Below, piece after piece: positions 1-12,129 of a stretch of DNA of 64,000 nt (position 1 is its first letter; each line of letters opens with the position of its first letter). The stretch comes from Octopus sinensis (Eukaryota). Made by a program: the position numbers and the translations under genes. The notes under the pieces are model-generated. The model ran no database searches. It had not been told where the DNA came from and worked only from the letters and a program-made list of their open reading frames with translations. The stretch lies in assembly GCF_006345805.1 (NCBI RefSeq), contig NC_043005.1:42904001-42968000 (forward strand), read 5' to 3'.

Positions 1-480
1 CATCAAATGTAAAAAGCAAAACAAATCGCTGAAAATACTTCTGACAAATGCGAAGCTTTACACAACAACCACGAAACCAATGGTTGAAAAATGTGGACGT
101 CCAAGCTATGGAATATGCCCCAACCTACAGGAAGACTCGGAATTCTTATTCAAGCAAGGAGAGGGGTTCACAATTAAAACCAGCTTCACTCGTGCCTCCG
201 AGAATTTAATTCATGTTATAACTTGTTCAGGTTGTGGACATAACTATTTAAGACATTCAAGTATGGCATTTAGACAGAGAAACACACTACATGAGGAACA
301 GATCCGTTTACCACAGTGAACACATACAGAGATGTGCAGGGAATCTCCAACCAAATTTCGCAGTTTTACCCATCTACCAGTGCAAAGAAACAATTTCTGT
401 ACAAGAACGTTTAAATATAGAAAATTTATTCATCGAGAAATACAGAACACGCTTAAATATGAATGCATAACCAACTTTGA
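1..480 (+). mobile_element. Penelope-like element, degenerate GIY-YIG endonuclease fragment
   Basis: Reads KSLKILLTNAKL..VEKCGRPSYGICPNLQEDSEFLFKQGEGFTIKTSFTRASENLIHVITCSGCGHNY, then after a frameshift SEHIQRCAGNLQPNFAVLPIYQCK. This fits the Cys-rich linker plus GIY-YIG layout of PLE ORFs. Confidence 0.75.
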
Positions 481-887
481 TCTTAGTATATATTTTAATT
501 CATTTACACATCACTGTAAATATTTCCTCTCACTACTTTGAGCAATTACCTCACCTGTCCTGAATATAACAATCACTAATTACCTCCCCTTAGGTTTTTC
601 TACTTGTTGATTCATTTCAGTCACAAACCCTCATACACAATATGGACTAAAATCTTCATAAGAAAATATGAAAGTACAATAATTTCAATGTCATGATTAG
701 CGAAAGCAAAACCGGTCGACAAACAAAATACTCTTTGACTTTAAAAATATGTTTTAAATATATTAAAACTATGTAAACTGTGTGCATTTTACTTCTTTTA
801 TTTTATATGTATATATATATATATATATATATTGCATTACAACTGATCACGTGGGGATAATCGAAATTCTCCTCCTCCCTTTTTTCT

Positions 888-921
<34 letters not shown>

Positions 922-1089
922 CATTCGGTATTTATTGCGGCCCTACAACTATACATATGGTAACAGTGGTATTTATTACACTACCAACAGCGGTATTTAG
1001 TGCATGAGGGAACCATGGATAATTATCTGTTTCATGATGTATTCTTGCACACTAGAAACCCTTAACAGTACAACAACGAAGTCTTTCGT

Positions 1090-1290
1090 AATTTGCTCAA
1101 CTGTCTAAAAATAGCAGCTCAATCTCTCTTACATTTACATCCTACCGTCATAAAAACTAGACATGTTGAACGATGTGGTATTGGGTTTTCTGCTCATAGA
1201 AAATAAAGTTGCTATGGTCATGATTGGAATGCTTTTTGCTTCCAGGCCTGATAGGTTAGAGCTTCGCTGGGGTTAAAAAAACAACAGTCA
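1090..1290 (+). mobile_element. Degenerate SINE-like interspersed repeat (family E) with (AAC)-type tail
   Basis: The 3' part ggtcatgattggaatgc...ctggggttaaaaaaacaacag resembles the reverse-strand piece at 18390-18460. Confidence 0.4.
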
Positions 1291-1878
1291 CACCACCAAC
1301 AACACCGGGGAAAAAAGAAATTTGATTGGAATCGGCTACTGGTCGTTTATTCATGATCTTGCGTCTGTTGATATCACCTTTGTTAAGATCTGTACATACG
1401 GTAACTCTAGCACTCCTGAACACTGTTGTTATCGATATTGCTGCTATCACTGTTGTCGTCGTCGTCATCGATTTTGTTGGTGTTATAAGCCCTGTTATTT
1501 AATTCCAGATCTCAGACGACATAGAAGAACTGTTCCGTGTTCACATGTGATGTTTCTTCTAATCTAAAGTATTCATTTATTCATTCCTAATTTGCACGAT
1601 ACGGCTGCGTAGCTGATGTTATTCATTTTTAGTTTAGTTTCTCATAAGATTCCATCTAAATGTCACCATAAAGCACATAAAGACTGTCTGGACTGATGTG
1701 AAGCCTCTTACACCTTATTTATCTCTCATATAAACTCTATGAACACTGACTAGTAAATTGGCACTGGTTGTCAGAATCATTCTTATTTTGTTGTCAATAT
1801 AATGAATTTTCTCACTTGATCAATCAACTATCCCAAATGTTGATAATAATAATGATAATAATGATAATAATAATAATA

Positions 1879-1924
<46 letters not shown>

Positions 1925-2198
1925 GGCAAACAACAACAAAAGCACTGCTACAAAAAGGAATTGTGGGGGTATTGATTTGTGTTAGGATGAAAGTTACGAT
2001 CTTTATAATTTTCTCAGTTTGGTGAAGAATTCGTTGGTTACTCATGCATTCGTTGCAATACTATTTTATAAATATATTTTCATTTCTGCTAAGGTATTTA
2101 ATTATAGCATTTCTCTTCTACAAGATGGATGACAGAAAAGCCGTTGATAGTGTCATGCTTGTAAGAATACATACATACATATGCATATATATATATAT

Positions 2199-2233
<35 letters not shown>

Positions 2234-2238
2234 GTATG

Positions 2239-2273
<35 letters not shown>

Positions 2274-2387
2274 TATATATATATATATACATACGTATAT
2301 ATATAATATGTATAAATATGTATGAATATCATATATAATATGTATAAATATGTATGAATATCATATATACTTGTATATACGAATGTG

Positions 2388-2432
<45 letters not shown>

Positions 2433-2995
2433 ATATATGTATATGGAAATGTAAATACATATATCCACACACATACACATATATATATATAATATATACA
2501 TATAGATATTTGTATAAATGTCTATACACAACCCTATAAATATATACGTATACATATATATACATGTATTTCTAAATATTATTGGACTGTTGCTGATGTA
2601 ATGTTTGATGTACGTATTTTTTCAAACCCAGCTGTTTGTTATTTCAATGCCTCTAATAGTTTAGCTATAACAAGAAAGAGATAATCTGTACTTGTTGACA
2701 ATTGTACATTAGTCATTTAATTAACAGTTCCCTATTTTCTAATATATTTGATAAAGTCCTTCTTATCCCTTTTAGTCCTTTTAGTCACATTTGTTCTGTT
2801 GATATTATTAAATAATTTCAAAAATTAATCTAGTGCTGGGTAAAATTATTTGGAGGATATTTAGCAATTGGTTTAGGAATTATTTTATTCTATTTTTGCA
2901 GCCTTTCACGGAACCACTTCAAATTGTTAATCGATTGACTGTTTATATATAATTATTGGATAATTATTGGCAGTACAATGTATTTCTTTAACTTA

Positions 2996-3494
2996 ATCTG
3001 TGTATCCTTTTCCTTTTCTTTGCATATCCTTAGCCTTCTTCTCCTTCTCTTTGAATGTCCTTAGCCTTCTTTCTATGTATGCCCTTAACCATATCGTACA
3101 ACTTACTTTCTGGGTCCTTACCTTTCTCGCATGACTTGTTCTGTATGTCCTTGACTTCCTTATACGACTTTACTTTCATATTAATCTGAAAGAAAGTTTC
3201 TGCTTCATCAAATTTTACTCGGGCTAATGAGAGTGTCTCATCATAGCCGCCAGATCTTGTAGAAAGAGCAACCAAATCATCCTCTGATTGCACTCCGTCG
3301 TTTTACCTTAGGAAATAAAATATTGAATAATTCTTCTTATGAAAATACTGATTGTTCTTCGATCAGAGTTTACCCGGCGCTAAATAATAATTTACTTGGC
3401 GTTAATTAGCGCGTTCCCGAGCGATTGACACATGACCCTTGTGCACAGACGTAGCAGAAAAAACAGACCGAAAATTCCCTTACCTCACCATATG
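2996..3494 (-). pseudogene. Candidate two-exon gene or pseudogene encoding a K/E-rich protein of unknown identity
   Basis: Donor GAG|GTAAGG (intron starts 3483) and acceptor ttttatttcctaag|G (exon starts 3306). The spliced ATG GTG AG|G is in frame with the 3030-3293 ORF except for TAA at codon 4. A KKAKDIQR/KKAKDMQR repeat straddles an apparent frameshift. AATAAA lies downstream at 2884-2889 (minus strand). Confidence 0.4.
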
Positions 3495-3945
3495 GCCATT
3501 CTTAATTATTCAATCCCTTAATATGGGTCTCCTAATGACAATGTAAACTTTATTTAATCAAGATACTCTTGGCCTGAAGAGTAGCCTGTGGTATTAACCT
3601 CGCTTGGATATTTACCATTACATATGTAGCTCGGATTTTATCTACTGCACTCCTTAACTCTTGGATATATGTATATATACATGCATATGTGTGTGTGTCT
3701 GTGTGCGTGCGTGCGTGTGCGCGCGCGTGTGTGGATCAAAACAGTTTGACTCAAACTCCTTGGTACTCTGAGTTTTAAACGTATTGCTAGACTTCGGCCA
3801 TTGATATTGAGTGGCCGAAGACTACTAACACGCTTGAAACTCAGAGTATCAAACAGTTTGAATGAAACTGTTTTGCTCCATACATGTAACTCCCAATAAA
3901 AGTGGATACACAGACAAATAGACAGACAGACAGGCAAGTAGCCAG

Positions 3946-3997
<52 letters not shown>

Positions 3998-4033
3998 TAG
4001 ATAGATAGATAGATAGATAGATAGCTAGCTAGC

Positions 4034-4122
<89 letters not shown>

Positions 4123-4226
4123 GTATGTGCATGTATATTTGTATGTATGTTTATGTTCATGTATGTGTATATATATATAAATGTTAAGGAGCTCTCTTTA
4201 CATTCATATGGTTTGGGGTTTAGTCT

Positions 4227-4510
4227 CTAGTCGATTACATGGACCCCAGTATTTCACTGATACTTAATTATCGACCCCGAAAGGATGAAGAGCAAAGTCG
4301 ACCTCGGCGGAATATGAATTCAGAACGCAGCGACGAGCGAAATACCGCTCAGTATTTCGCCCGTCGCTGCGTTCTGAATTCATATTCCGCCGAGGTCGAC
4401 TTTGCTCTTCATCCTTTCGGGGTCGATAAATTAAGTATCAGTGAAATACTGGGGTCCATGTAATCGACTAGTCCCTTTCCCCAAAATTTCAGGTCTTATG
4501 CCTGTAATAG
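4227..4510. mobile_element. SINE family A body present as a fold-back palindrome
   Basis: Arms 4227-4345 and 4352-4471 are reverse complements around a 6-nt loop. The sequence is the family A body (gaggtcgactttgc..ttcatcctttcggggtcgataaattaagtacc). Confidence 0.9.
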
Positions 4511-4834
4511 AAACCATTATTATTTTAATTATTATTATGTTACGCCTGCTATGATCATAGGTCCAACCTGCAAGTTTATAAAATGGAAATTTTGTTACTA
4601 TTTCCAAACGATACACAGAAGATACTTCACAACTCAGTCAGACATTCATACCACTAACGATTCTGCCGGCTCACCACGTTGCTGATGATAACAATAATAT
4701 TAATGTTTTCAATGTTTGGCACAAGGCCAGCAATTTCGGGGGAAGGGATAAGTAGGAATTGGAGCCGAGAGTGTAAAGACGGACGAAATACCTCTAAGCA
4801 TACTGCCCGGCGTGCTACCAATTTTGCTAGCCCG

Positions 4835-4835
<1 letters not shown>

Positions 4836-4882
<47 letters not shown>

Positions 4883-5110
4883 TATTGTTGTTGTTGTTGT
4901 TGCCTTTGCACAGCTTCTAATGCTGGAGGTGTACTACAGTGTCAGCCGTTCACTACCAGTGAACCGAGGTAACACCTCTTATGTTTCGAACACCTTCCGG
5001 AGTATTCGAGCGGTTCCAAGAAGTGCTGTTTTCTGCAAGTGCTCCACTCTTATAACCAACATTTCTGGCTCGTACTCTGGTAAGAAATTGCTGAATTGAT
5101 AACAGACCAA
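4836..5110 (-). mobile_element. R4/Dong-clade LINE 3' end with (AAC)n(AAT)n tail
   Basis: C-terminal motif VEHLQKTALLGTARILRKVF, stop at 4979, short 3' UTR, then a trinucleotide tail. Confidence 0.8.
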
Positions 5111-6152
5111 TACAGTTTGCTCAAAGTTAAAAACATATTGCACCTCATTAGAGGTAGAAAACTGAAGGCGTTTATTATTGAATAAATGACGACGCAATGA
5201 AATGCACGTCCTTACCAAGTTAACTGTCGAACCTATATATTATTTAAAAGTATTGTGCGTTTCATTTTACAATTTCCTCTTGAAACATACCCGGAGCCCA
5301 ACGATTGAGACAAATGAAAGTGATATACGCCCTCCAGAGATAATACTATTTAAAAATACATAAAAATACATAGAATAGGAAAATGTTCGTGTAATGCGGT
5401 GAGGGAGTGACTCCTAGCATTTTGGCAAAACACTGAAAGAAGACCAGATCATATCACGACTCACAACACGCTTAATTTTACTAAATTTTACTATTCTGTG
5501 TAAACCAACGCTACTTCTTTCGGTCGTCATAGTTTTTGAGGCTCAGTTAATTTTCAATAACTTGAATGATAATTTATTTTGTATCACATAGTCTAACATG
5601 CTTAAAGACGAAAACGAAAATCGGCAGATAAAATCGAATTACACATAAAAGATAATGGTATATTACATAAACAGGATATACACTACACATACGGCATTAC
5701 AAATATATTGATCTTCTTCACTAGCAAACAGTTGTAAGGTAATATTATTGCAATAAGTCCAATTAGAAAAGTTGATTAAATTGTCGATGCACCTTTAGTA
5801 CTGTGACCATCTGAAGCATGAAAGGAACAAGCTGTCATCGAAGCGTCTAGAAAAACAAAGCTAAGAATAATAAACACAAAGGCGAGCATCCAGACAAAAG
5901 GCGAAAAAGCACTTGTACGCAAACTGGGTAACTTACTAGTAAATCAACTGGTTTTTATTAATAAACATACCGTCTGACTGTAGTAGGTCCCCACTGGGTA
6001 TGAGATCAAAGACAGGGAAATGAGCATAATACATACATAAGTATAGATAGAGAGAGATAGAGAGATAGAGATGTAGATATAGGTGCATACACACACATGT
6101 ATATATATATATATGTGTGTGTTTGTATATATGTATGTACTATAATATAATA

Positions 6153-6195
<43 letters not shown>

Positions 6196-6235
6196 TATAT
6201 ACAAATATATATAATTATCTCTCTCTGTCTTATAT

Positions 6236-6269
<34 letters not shown>

Positions 6270-6380
6270 ATATATATGTATATATATATATACATATATA
6301 TATGTATGTATGTATGTATGTAGTATGTATATGTATATATGCATGCACATATATGTCTGTAATTGTGTGTGTGTGTGTGT

Positions 6381-6640
6381 GGAGGCGCGTGGCTTAGTGG
6401 TTAGGGTGTCAGCATCATGATCGTAAGATAGTGCTTTCGATTACTGGGCAGGGCGACGCGTTGTGTTCTTGAGCAAAACACTTCATTTCACGTTGCTCCA
6501 GTCCACTCAGCTGGCAAAAATGAGTAAAGCTGCGATAGACTGGCGTCCCTTCAAGCTGGAGAACACATACGCCATTGAAAACAGGAAACCGGGCCCATGA
6601 GTCTGGCTAGGCTTTAAAAGGGCGCGTTATTTTATTTATT
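6381..6640 (+). mobile_element. tRNA-derived SINE family C with CORE-like central domain
   Basis: tRNA-like head ggaggcgcgtggcttagtggttagg..ttcga. The core gtgttcttgagcaaaacacttcatttcacgttgctccagtccactcagctggcaaaaatgag aligns by eye to the CORE consensus. A close copy lies at 42059. Confidence 0.8.
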
Positions 6641-6746
6641 TGTATGTATATATTTGTACGTATGTATGTATGTATGCATGTATGTATGTGTGTGTGTATG
6701 TATGTATGTGTGTATGTATGTATGTATGTATGTATGTATGTATGTA

Positions 6747-6779
<33 letters not shown>

Positions 6780-6820
6780 ATGTATGTATATATGCATGTA
6801 TGTATGTAGGTATGTATATA

Positions 6821-7212
6821 GGCCTGGCTGTGGAGTAATAAGCTTGCTTACCAACCACATGGTTCCAGGTTTAGTCCCACTGCATGGCACCTTGAGCAAG
6901 TGTCTTCTACTATAGCCTCTGGCTGACCAAAGCTTTGTGAGTGGATTTGGTTGACGGAAACTGGAAGAATCCCGTCATATATATATATACGTGTGCGTGT
7001 ATATGTGTGTATGTGTGTTTGTGTGCAAACATGTATTTGTTTGTGTCCGTGTGTCTTTGTTTGACAACCGATGGTTGTACATTTATGTACCTGTAACTTA
7101 GCAGTCAGGCAAAACAGACAGATAAAATAAGTACTAGGCTTACAAAGAATAAGATCATTTAAGGCGGTGCTCCAGCATGGTCGCAGTCAAATGACTGAAA
7201 CAAACAAAAGAA
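6821..7212 (+). mobile_element. tRNA-derived SINE family B, diverged copy
   Basis: Same head, internal (TA)n(TG)n block and ggcggtgctccagcatggccgcagtcaaatgactgaaac tail as the copies at 7323, 32504 and 42902. Confidence 0.85.
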
Positions 7213-7322
7213 CATACATGCGCGCGCGCACAGGGCATACTTCAACTTACGTTGGTAATTTGTTCCAAGACATGCGACTTGAAATGACGTAACACGAACA
7301 AACATTTCAAAAAATTAATTAG

Positions 7323-7737
7323 CATGGAGTGGCTGTGTGGTAAGTAGCTTGCTAACCAACCACATGGTTCCGGGTTCAGTCCCACTGCGTGTCATCTTGG
7401 GCAAGTGTCTTCTGCTATAGCCCCGGGCCGACCGATGCCTTGTGAGTGGATTTAGTAGACGGAAACGGAAAGAAGCCTGTCGTATATATGTATATATATG
7501 TATGTATGTGTGTGTGTTTGTGTGTCTGTGTTTGTTCCCCTAGCATTGCTTGACAACCGATGCTGGTGTGTTTACGTCCCCGTCACTTAGCGGTTCGGCA
7601 AAAAGAGACCGATAGAATAAGTACTGGGCTTACAAAAAGAATAAGTCCCGGGGTCGAGTTGCTCGACTAAAGGCGGTGCTCCAGCATGGCCGCAGTCAAA
7701 TGACTGAAACAAGTAAAAGAGTAAAAGAGTAAAAGAG
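7323..7737 (+). mobile_element. tRNA-derived SINE family B, full length
   Basis: Head gagtggctgtgtggtaagtagc..gggttcagtccc; tail (agtaaaag)n. Confidence 0.9.
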
Positions 7738-8080
7738 CTTATATTTGTTTTGATAAAGATTTGTACATATTTTGACATGGATTTCATTTGATTTCTCCTA
7801 CCATTTTAATTTTTAAGTGCTTTTTGTTTTTATTTTCACAAATTTTATACTTTTAAACATGCTCACCGAGACCGACGTAAAGTCTAAAAAGAAAAAAACA
7901 AACTAAGACGTAACTCGAAATGTCATGACTTATGGTTTGCCTCTGTGTGTGTGTGTGCGTGCGTGCACGCGCTTATATATGTGTATATCATTAATCCGTT
8001 AATGAAATACACATATATGTGTATATCATTAATCCGAAAAAGAAGCGCACTCTGAGTTATAGAGCAGTAGAGTACATAGA

Positions 8081-8249
8081 TGAAGATAAATATGGCCGAT
8101 CTATGGAGCAACGTTCATAAACCACTTAGCCTTACAGGGTTTCTTCCAACCCTTGGCTTATGGCCATAGGCCTAGGCTCTGAAAAAGGCTAAGCGCTATA
8201 TGAACGCGAAACCCGGGGTTATCCCAAGGACCGGCCATATCAATCTTTA
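8081..8249. other. Imperfect 169-nt inverted-repeat structure of unknown origin
   Basis: Nested complementary blocks: atatggccg/cggccatat, cgttcata/tatgaacg (8112/8199), cttagcctt/aaggctaag (8125/8185), plus two small internal hairpins. Confidence 0.6.
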
Positions 8250-8252
8250 CCA

Positions 8253-8292
<40 letters not shown>

Positions 8293-8310
8293 CTCTCTCT
8301 CTCTCTATCT

Positions 8311-8530
8311 CTACTCTTTATTCTTTTACTCTTTTACTTGTTTCAGTCATTTGACTGTGGCCATGCTGGAGCACCGCCTTTTTCGTCGAGCAAATCGACC
8401 CCAGGGCTCATTCTTTGCAATGAGGATAGTACTTATCCAATCAGTCTGTTTGCCGAACCGCTGGGTTACGGGGACGTAAACAAACGACCATTGGTTGTCA
8501 AGTGATGTTGGGGGGAAAACACAGACACAC
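8311..8530 (-). mobile_element. SINE family B, 3' half
   Basis: Reverse complement of the family B tail. Confidence 0.85.
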
Positions 8531-8571
8531 AAACATAATTACACATACATACATTATATATATATATACAT

Positions 8572-8602
<31 letters not shown>

Positions 8603-8630
8603 CATTATATATATATATGTATACATACAT

Positions 8631-8665
<35 letters not shown>

Positions 8666-8685
8666 TACATATATTATATATATAC

Positions 8686-8719
<34 letters not shown>

Positions 8720-8791
8720 CTATATATATATATATATATATATGTATACATACATTATATATATATATATACACATATTATATATATATAT

Positions 8792-8838
<47 letters not shown>

Positions 8839-8859
8839 TTATATATATATATATATGTA

Positions 8860-9242
8860 TCTCTCTCTATATAAACGGCAGTTTGTCTGTGCGTGTTTCT
8901 GTGTGTCTGTTTTCTCGTACCCTCACCCTGACCACGGCTTTCAACCGATTCTGATGAAACTTGACACACACATAGCCCAATGTCATAATCAAAACTAACG
9001 TAGCGAAAATTTTGAAAAGTTCCCCCAGTTCTGAAAAAAATCGATAAATTCGACATGGGGTCGAGAATCAGAAACACAAACCGCAAACTGTCTAGGGGAC
9101 GCAACTCCACCTTTTTTCACTCTCAAAAGAAATTTAACATCATTTTTTTCCATTTTTTGCTATTTTTTTGGCTATAACTCTCTAAAAATGCTTTATAGTT
9201 ATTTCCCTTACAAACCTGAGCAACGCCGGGCGATACTGCTAG
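8860..9242 (+). mobile_element. Non-autonomous Helitron-like element (383 bp)
   Basis: A|TC 5' end, GC-rich subterminal gagcaacgccgggcg motif, CTAG|T 3' end, no TSD. A close second copy lies at 54438-54822. Confidence 0.85.
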
Positions 9243-9264
9243 TATATATATATATATATATATA

Positions 9265-9520
9265 TATCATCATCATCATCATCATCATCATCGTCACCGT
9301 CATCTGCTTGAGCTCGCTCGGATAGTTTTAATCTGCGCATGCCATCCATCTCTGTTTTGCATTAGCTGAGGGGGGTATTGGGGGAGACATCCAGTATCTC
9401 TGGCAAGTTGATCAACACACGTTGTGTAGGGACGTCCTGCTTGAGTACTGCCATGCTTTGGCATCGATGGCAGTAGGTCATTAGCCGGCTGACAAGTTTA
9501 TTGTAACTGAATTCTTTTTA
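9265..9520 (-). mobile_element. Probable old LINE 3' end with (GAT)n tail
   Basis: (CAT)n tract abutting GC-richer degenerate coding-like sequence. Clade not resolved. Confidence 0.3.
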
Positions 9521-9607
9521 CGTCGTGACTTAAATTCGATACCTCTGCAGTCTTCCAACGAGAATAGTTTTAACTACGCAGTTACTTACTATAATATTTG
9601 CATTTGT

Positions 9608-9912
9608 GTGAAGGCGCGTGGCTTAGTGGTTAGGTTGTTCAAGTTACGATTCTAAAATCATGAGTTCGATTCCCAGCGGTGCATTTTGTCCATGATCATG
9701 ACACTTTATTTCATGTTGCTCCAGTCCACTCGGCTGGCAAAATGAATTTCAAAGGGGCCAGCCTTGTCACATTCTGTATCACGCTGATTCTCCCTAAGAA
9801 CTACGTTAAGGGCATACGTGTCTATACAGTGCCCAGCCAATTACACGTTAATTTCACGAGCATGCTCTTCACATCAACTAGAACCCTTGCCGTCGTAACC
9901 AACAGAGTGCCA
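9608..9912 (+). mobile_element. SINE family D (family C-like head and core, different tail)
   Basis: Head gaaggcgcgtggcttagtggttagg and CORE-like block. The tail gccagccttgtcacattct..ctacgttaagggc is shared with the reverse copy at 54110-54420. Confidence 0.75.
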
Positions 9913-10069
9913 GTTGTGGTGTATTATATATTTTATAACATTATATTCCATTGTCTTTGTAGTTTTAGTGCCACATTCATTCTCATTGGCGAGGATATGG
10001 TTTCCTACTTCTGATGATCAATGATTACTGTTTTGTATTGTTGCTTGGTTCTTATCATTACCTCTTCTA

Positions 10070-10640
10070 GGTGGCGAGCTGGCAGAATTGTTAGCACGCC
10101 AGACGAAATGCGTAGCCGTATTTCGTCTGCCGTTACGTTCTGAGTTCAAATTCCGCCGAGGTCGACTTTGCCTTTCATCCCTTCGGGATCGATTAAATAA
10201 GTACCAGTTACGCACTGGGGTCGATATAATCGACTTAATCCGTTTGTCTGTCCTTGTTTGTCCTCTCTGTGTTTAGCCCCTTGTGGGTAGTAAAGAAATA
10301 GGTATTTCGTCTGCCACTACGTTCTGAGTTCAAATTCCGCCGAGGTCGACTTTACCTTTCATCCTTTCGGGGTCGATGAAGTAAGTACCAGTTACGCGCT
10401 GGGGTCGATATAATCGACTTAATCCGTTTGTATGTCCTTGTTTGTCCTCTCTGTGCTTAGCCCCTTGTGGGTAGTAAAAAAATAGGTTTTTCGTATACCG
10501 CTACGTTCTGAGTTCAAATTCAACCGAGGTCGACTTAGCCTTTTATCTTTTCGGGGTCGATAAATTAAGTACCAGTTGAGTACTGGAGCCGATGTAATCC
10601 ACTTGTCTCTCCCCAAAAATGTCAGCCCTTGTACCTAACC
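10070..10640 (+). mobile_element. SINE family A (tRNA head, Meta-like domain): one head plus three tandem bodies
   Basis: Head ggtggcgagctggcagaattgttagc. The body motif gaggtcgactttgcctttcatcctttcggggtcgataaattaagtacc occurs three times and resembles the MetaSINE domain. Confidence 0.9.
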
Positions 10641-11094
10641 TTTCATTTGCTAGTTTTTCTAAATTTATCTCTTAATCCAGTTAAAAGTGTTTTTTGTTTC
10701 TTTTTTCTGGCACTTTTTTTGTGATCCTTTTGATATACTATTACGTTAACACATTTATAATTACTGTTGTTTTAGTGAATATTAGGAAAATTTAAAGCTG
10801 TTTGAGTGTGATTTTTACTGTCAAACTGATTAAGGGTATATCAATTGTGAATAATGTTTCGTGGATTAGAAACATTTGTGTTTATTTCAGTGAGATCGTG
10901 TTTTCGTATCATAGATTCTTTAGGGTTTGTTTGTGTATGAGGTGTATGTTGCACGTGTATGTGTGTGCGTGCGAATTTAGGTTTCATGTATATCATGGTC
11001 AATTGATTATGGTTCAATTATTTTTAATATGTGTATATATACATATTGTGCGTATGAGGTGGTGTGTGTGTGTGTGTAAGGGGAAATGGAGAGA

Positions 11095-11327
11095 CGTTGT
11101 TCTAATATTGATTTCAAATTTTGGCAGAAGGCCAGCACCTTCGCGAGGCGGGGGGAATAAGTCGATTACATCGACTTCCAGTATTCAACTGGAACTTATT
11201 TTATCGACCCTGAATGGATGACAGGTAAAGTCGACCCTCGGGATTTGAACTTAGAGCGTAAAAACAGACGAAATGCCGCAAAGCATTTTTGCCTGGCATT
11301 CTAACGATTCTACCAGTTCGCCTCCTT
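11095..11327 (-). mobile_element. SINE family A, diverged
   Basis: Reverse complement of head and body. Confidence 0.8.
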
Positions 11328-12129
11328 ACACTGTTCTAAAATTGATCTCTCTCTTACTATGTATGTGTGTAGCGTATACGTGTGCGTGTATGGATGTATG
11401 TATATGTATGCATATGTAATGCTACAAAAGTCAAGCAAAAGCGAAGAGACATTTGAAATGATATGAAAATATACAAAGTAAAATTAAAATGAATTCATTT
11501 TCGCCTCTGGACACGAAGTCTATGTTTCTGGTAGCCAGCTTCTCATAAGAATATTCAATTTCAACTCTACCACTAATCAACTGTATCTTGAACCCAGTTT
11601 AACTTTGTTATATCTCTTATAATTTTATTCTCTTCCTCCTCTGTTTTTTTCTTCTTTTCCTCCCACTTTCTGACTATTCGTTATTACCCTTCCTTCTTTT
11701 CCCTTTATTCTCTATTTTTGTCTGTTTCTTCCTCAACCTCTCTCTGTAAACTCATACATTAGTTATGAATTTTCTATATTCCCAAAACCAGATGAAAATA
11801 TTTATATTGGTGAGTTGCACCCCTTACGTTTCCATCATATTTTCCGGAAGCCTCATTTATTTAAAATTTTCTGAAACAATCGTTCTTAATAACGTTTCCT
11901 ATAGTAGTTAAACTAATTAATAATTCGCCTAAAACTCAGAGTTTCACACAAATTAATCATTAATTAGACACTTAGACACCAGGCCAGGAATCGAAAAGCT
12001 GCAATCCGAAGACTTGATTAAATTTGTAACATTGCATACAACTTTTTCTGCTTTCCTTATCTATTCAGAATCATAGAATCAAAATGAATGTTATCCCTCT
12101 GAGATCAGTCTGAGAGAAGAGACAGAGAG

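Noticed and set aside
1509-1550. Possible terminal exon ISDDIEELFRVHM*
   Set aside because: Only an acceptor supports it; no poly(A) signal or upstream exon was found.
6381-6450. tRNA-like sequences at SINE heads (also 7323, 9608, 10070, 32504, 42059)
   Set aside because: A/B-box-like heads continue into SINE bodies with no closed acceptor stem, so they are not tRNA genes.
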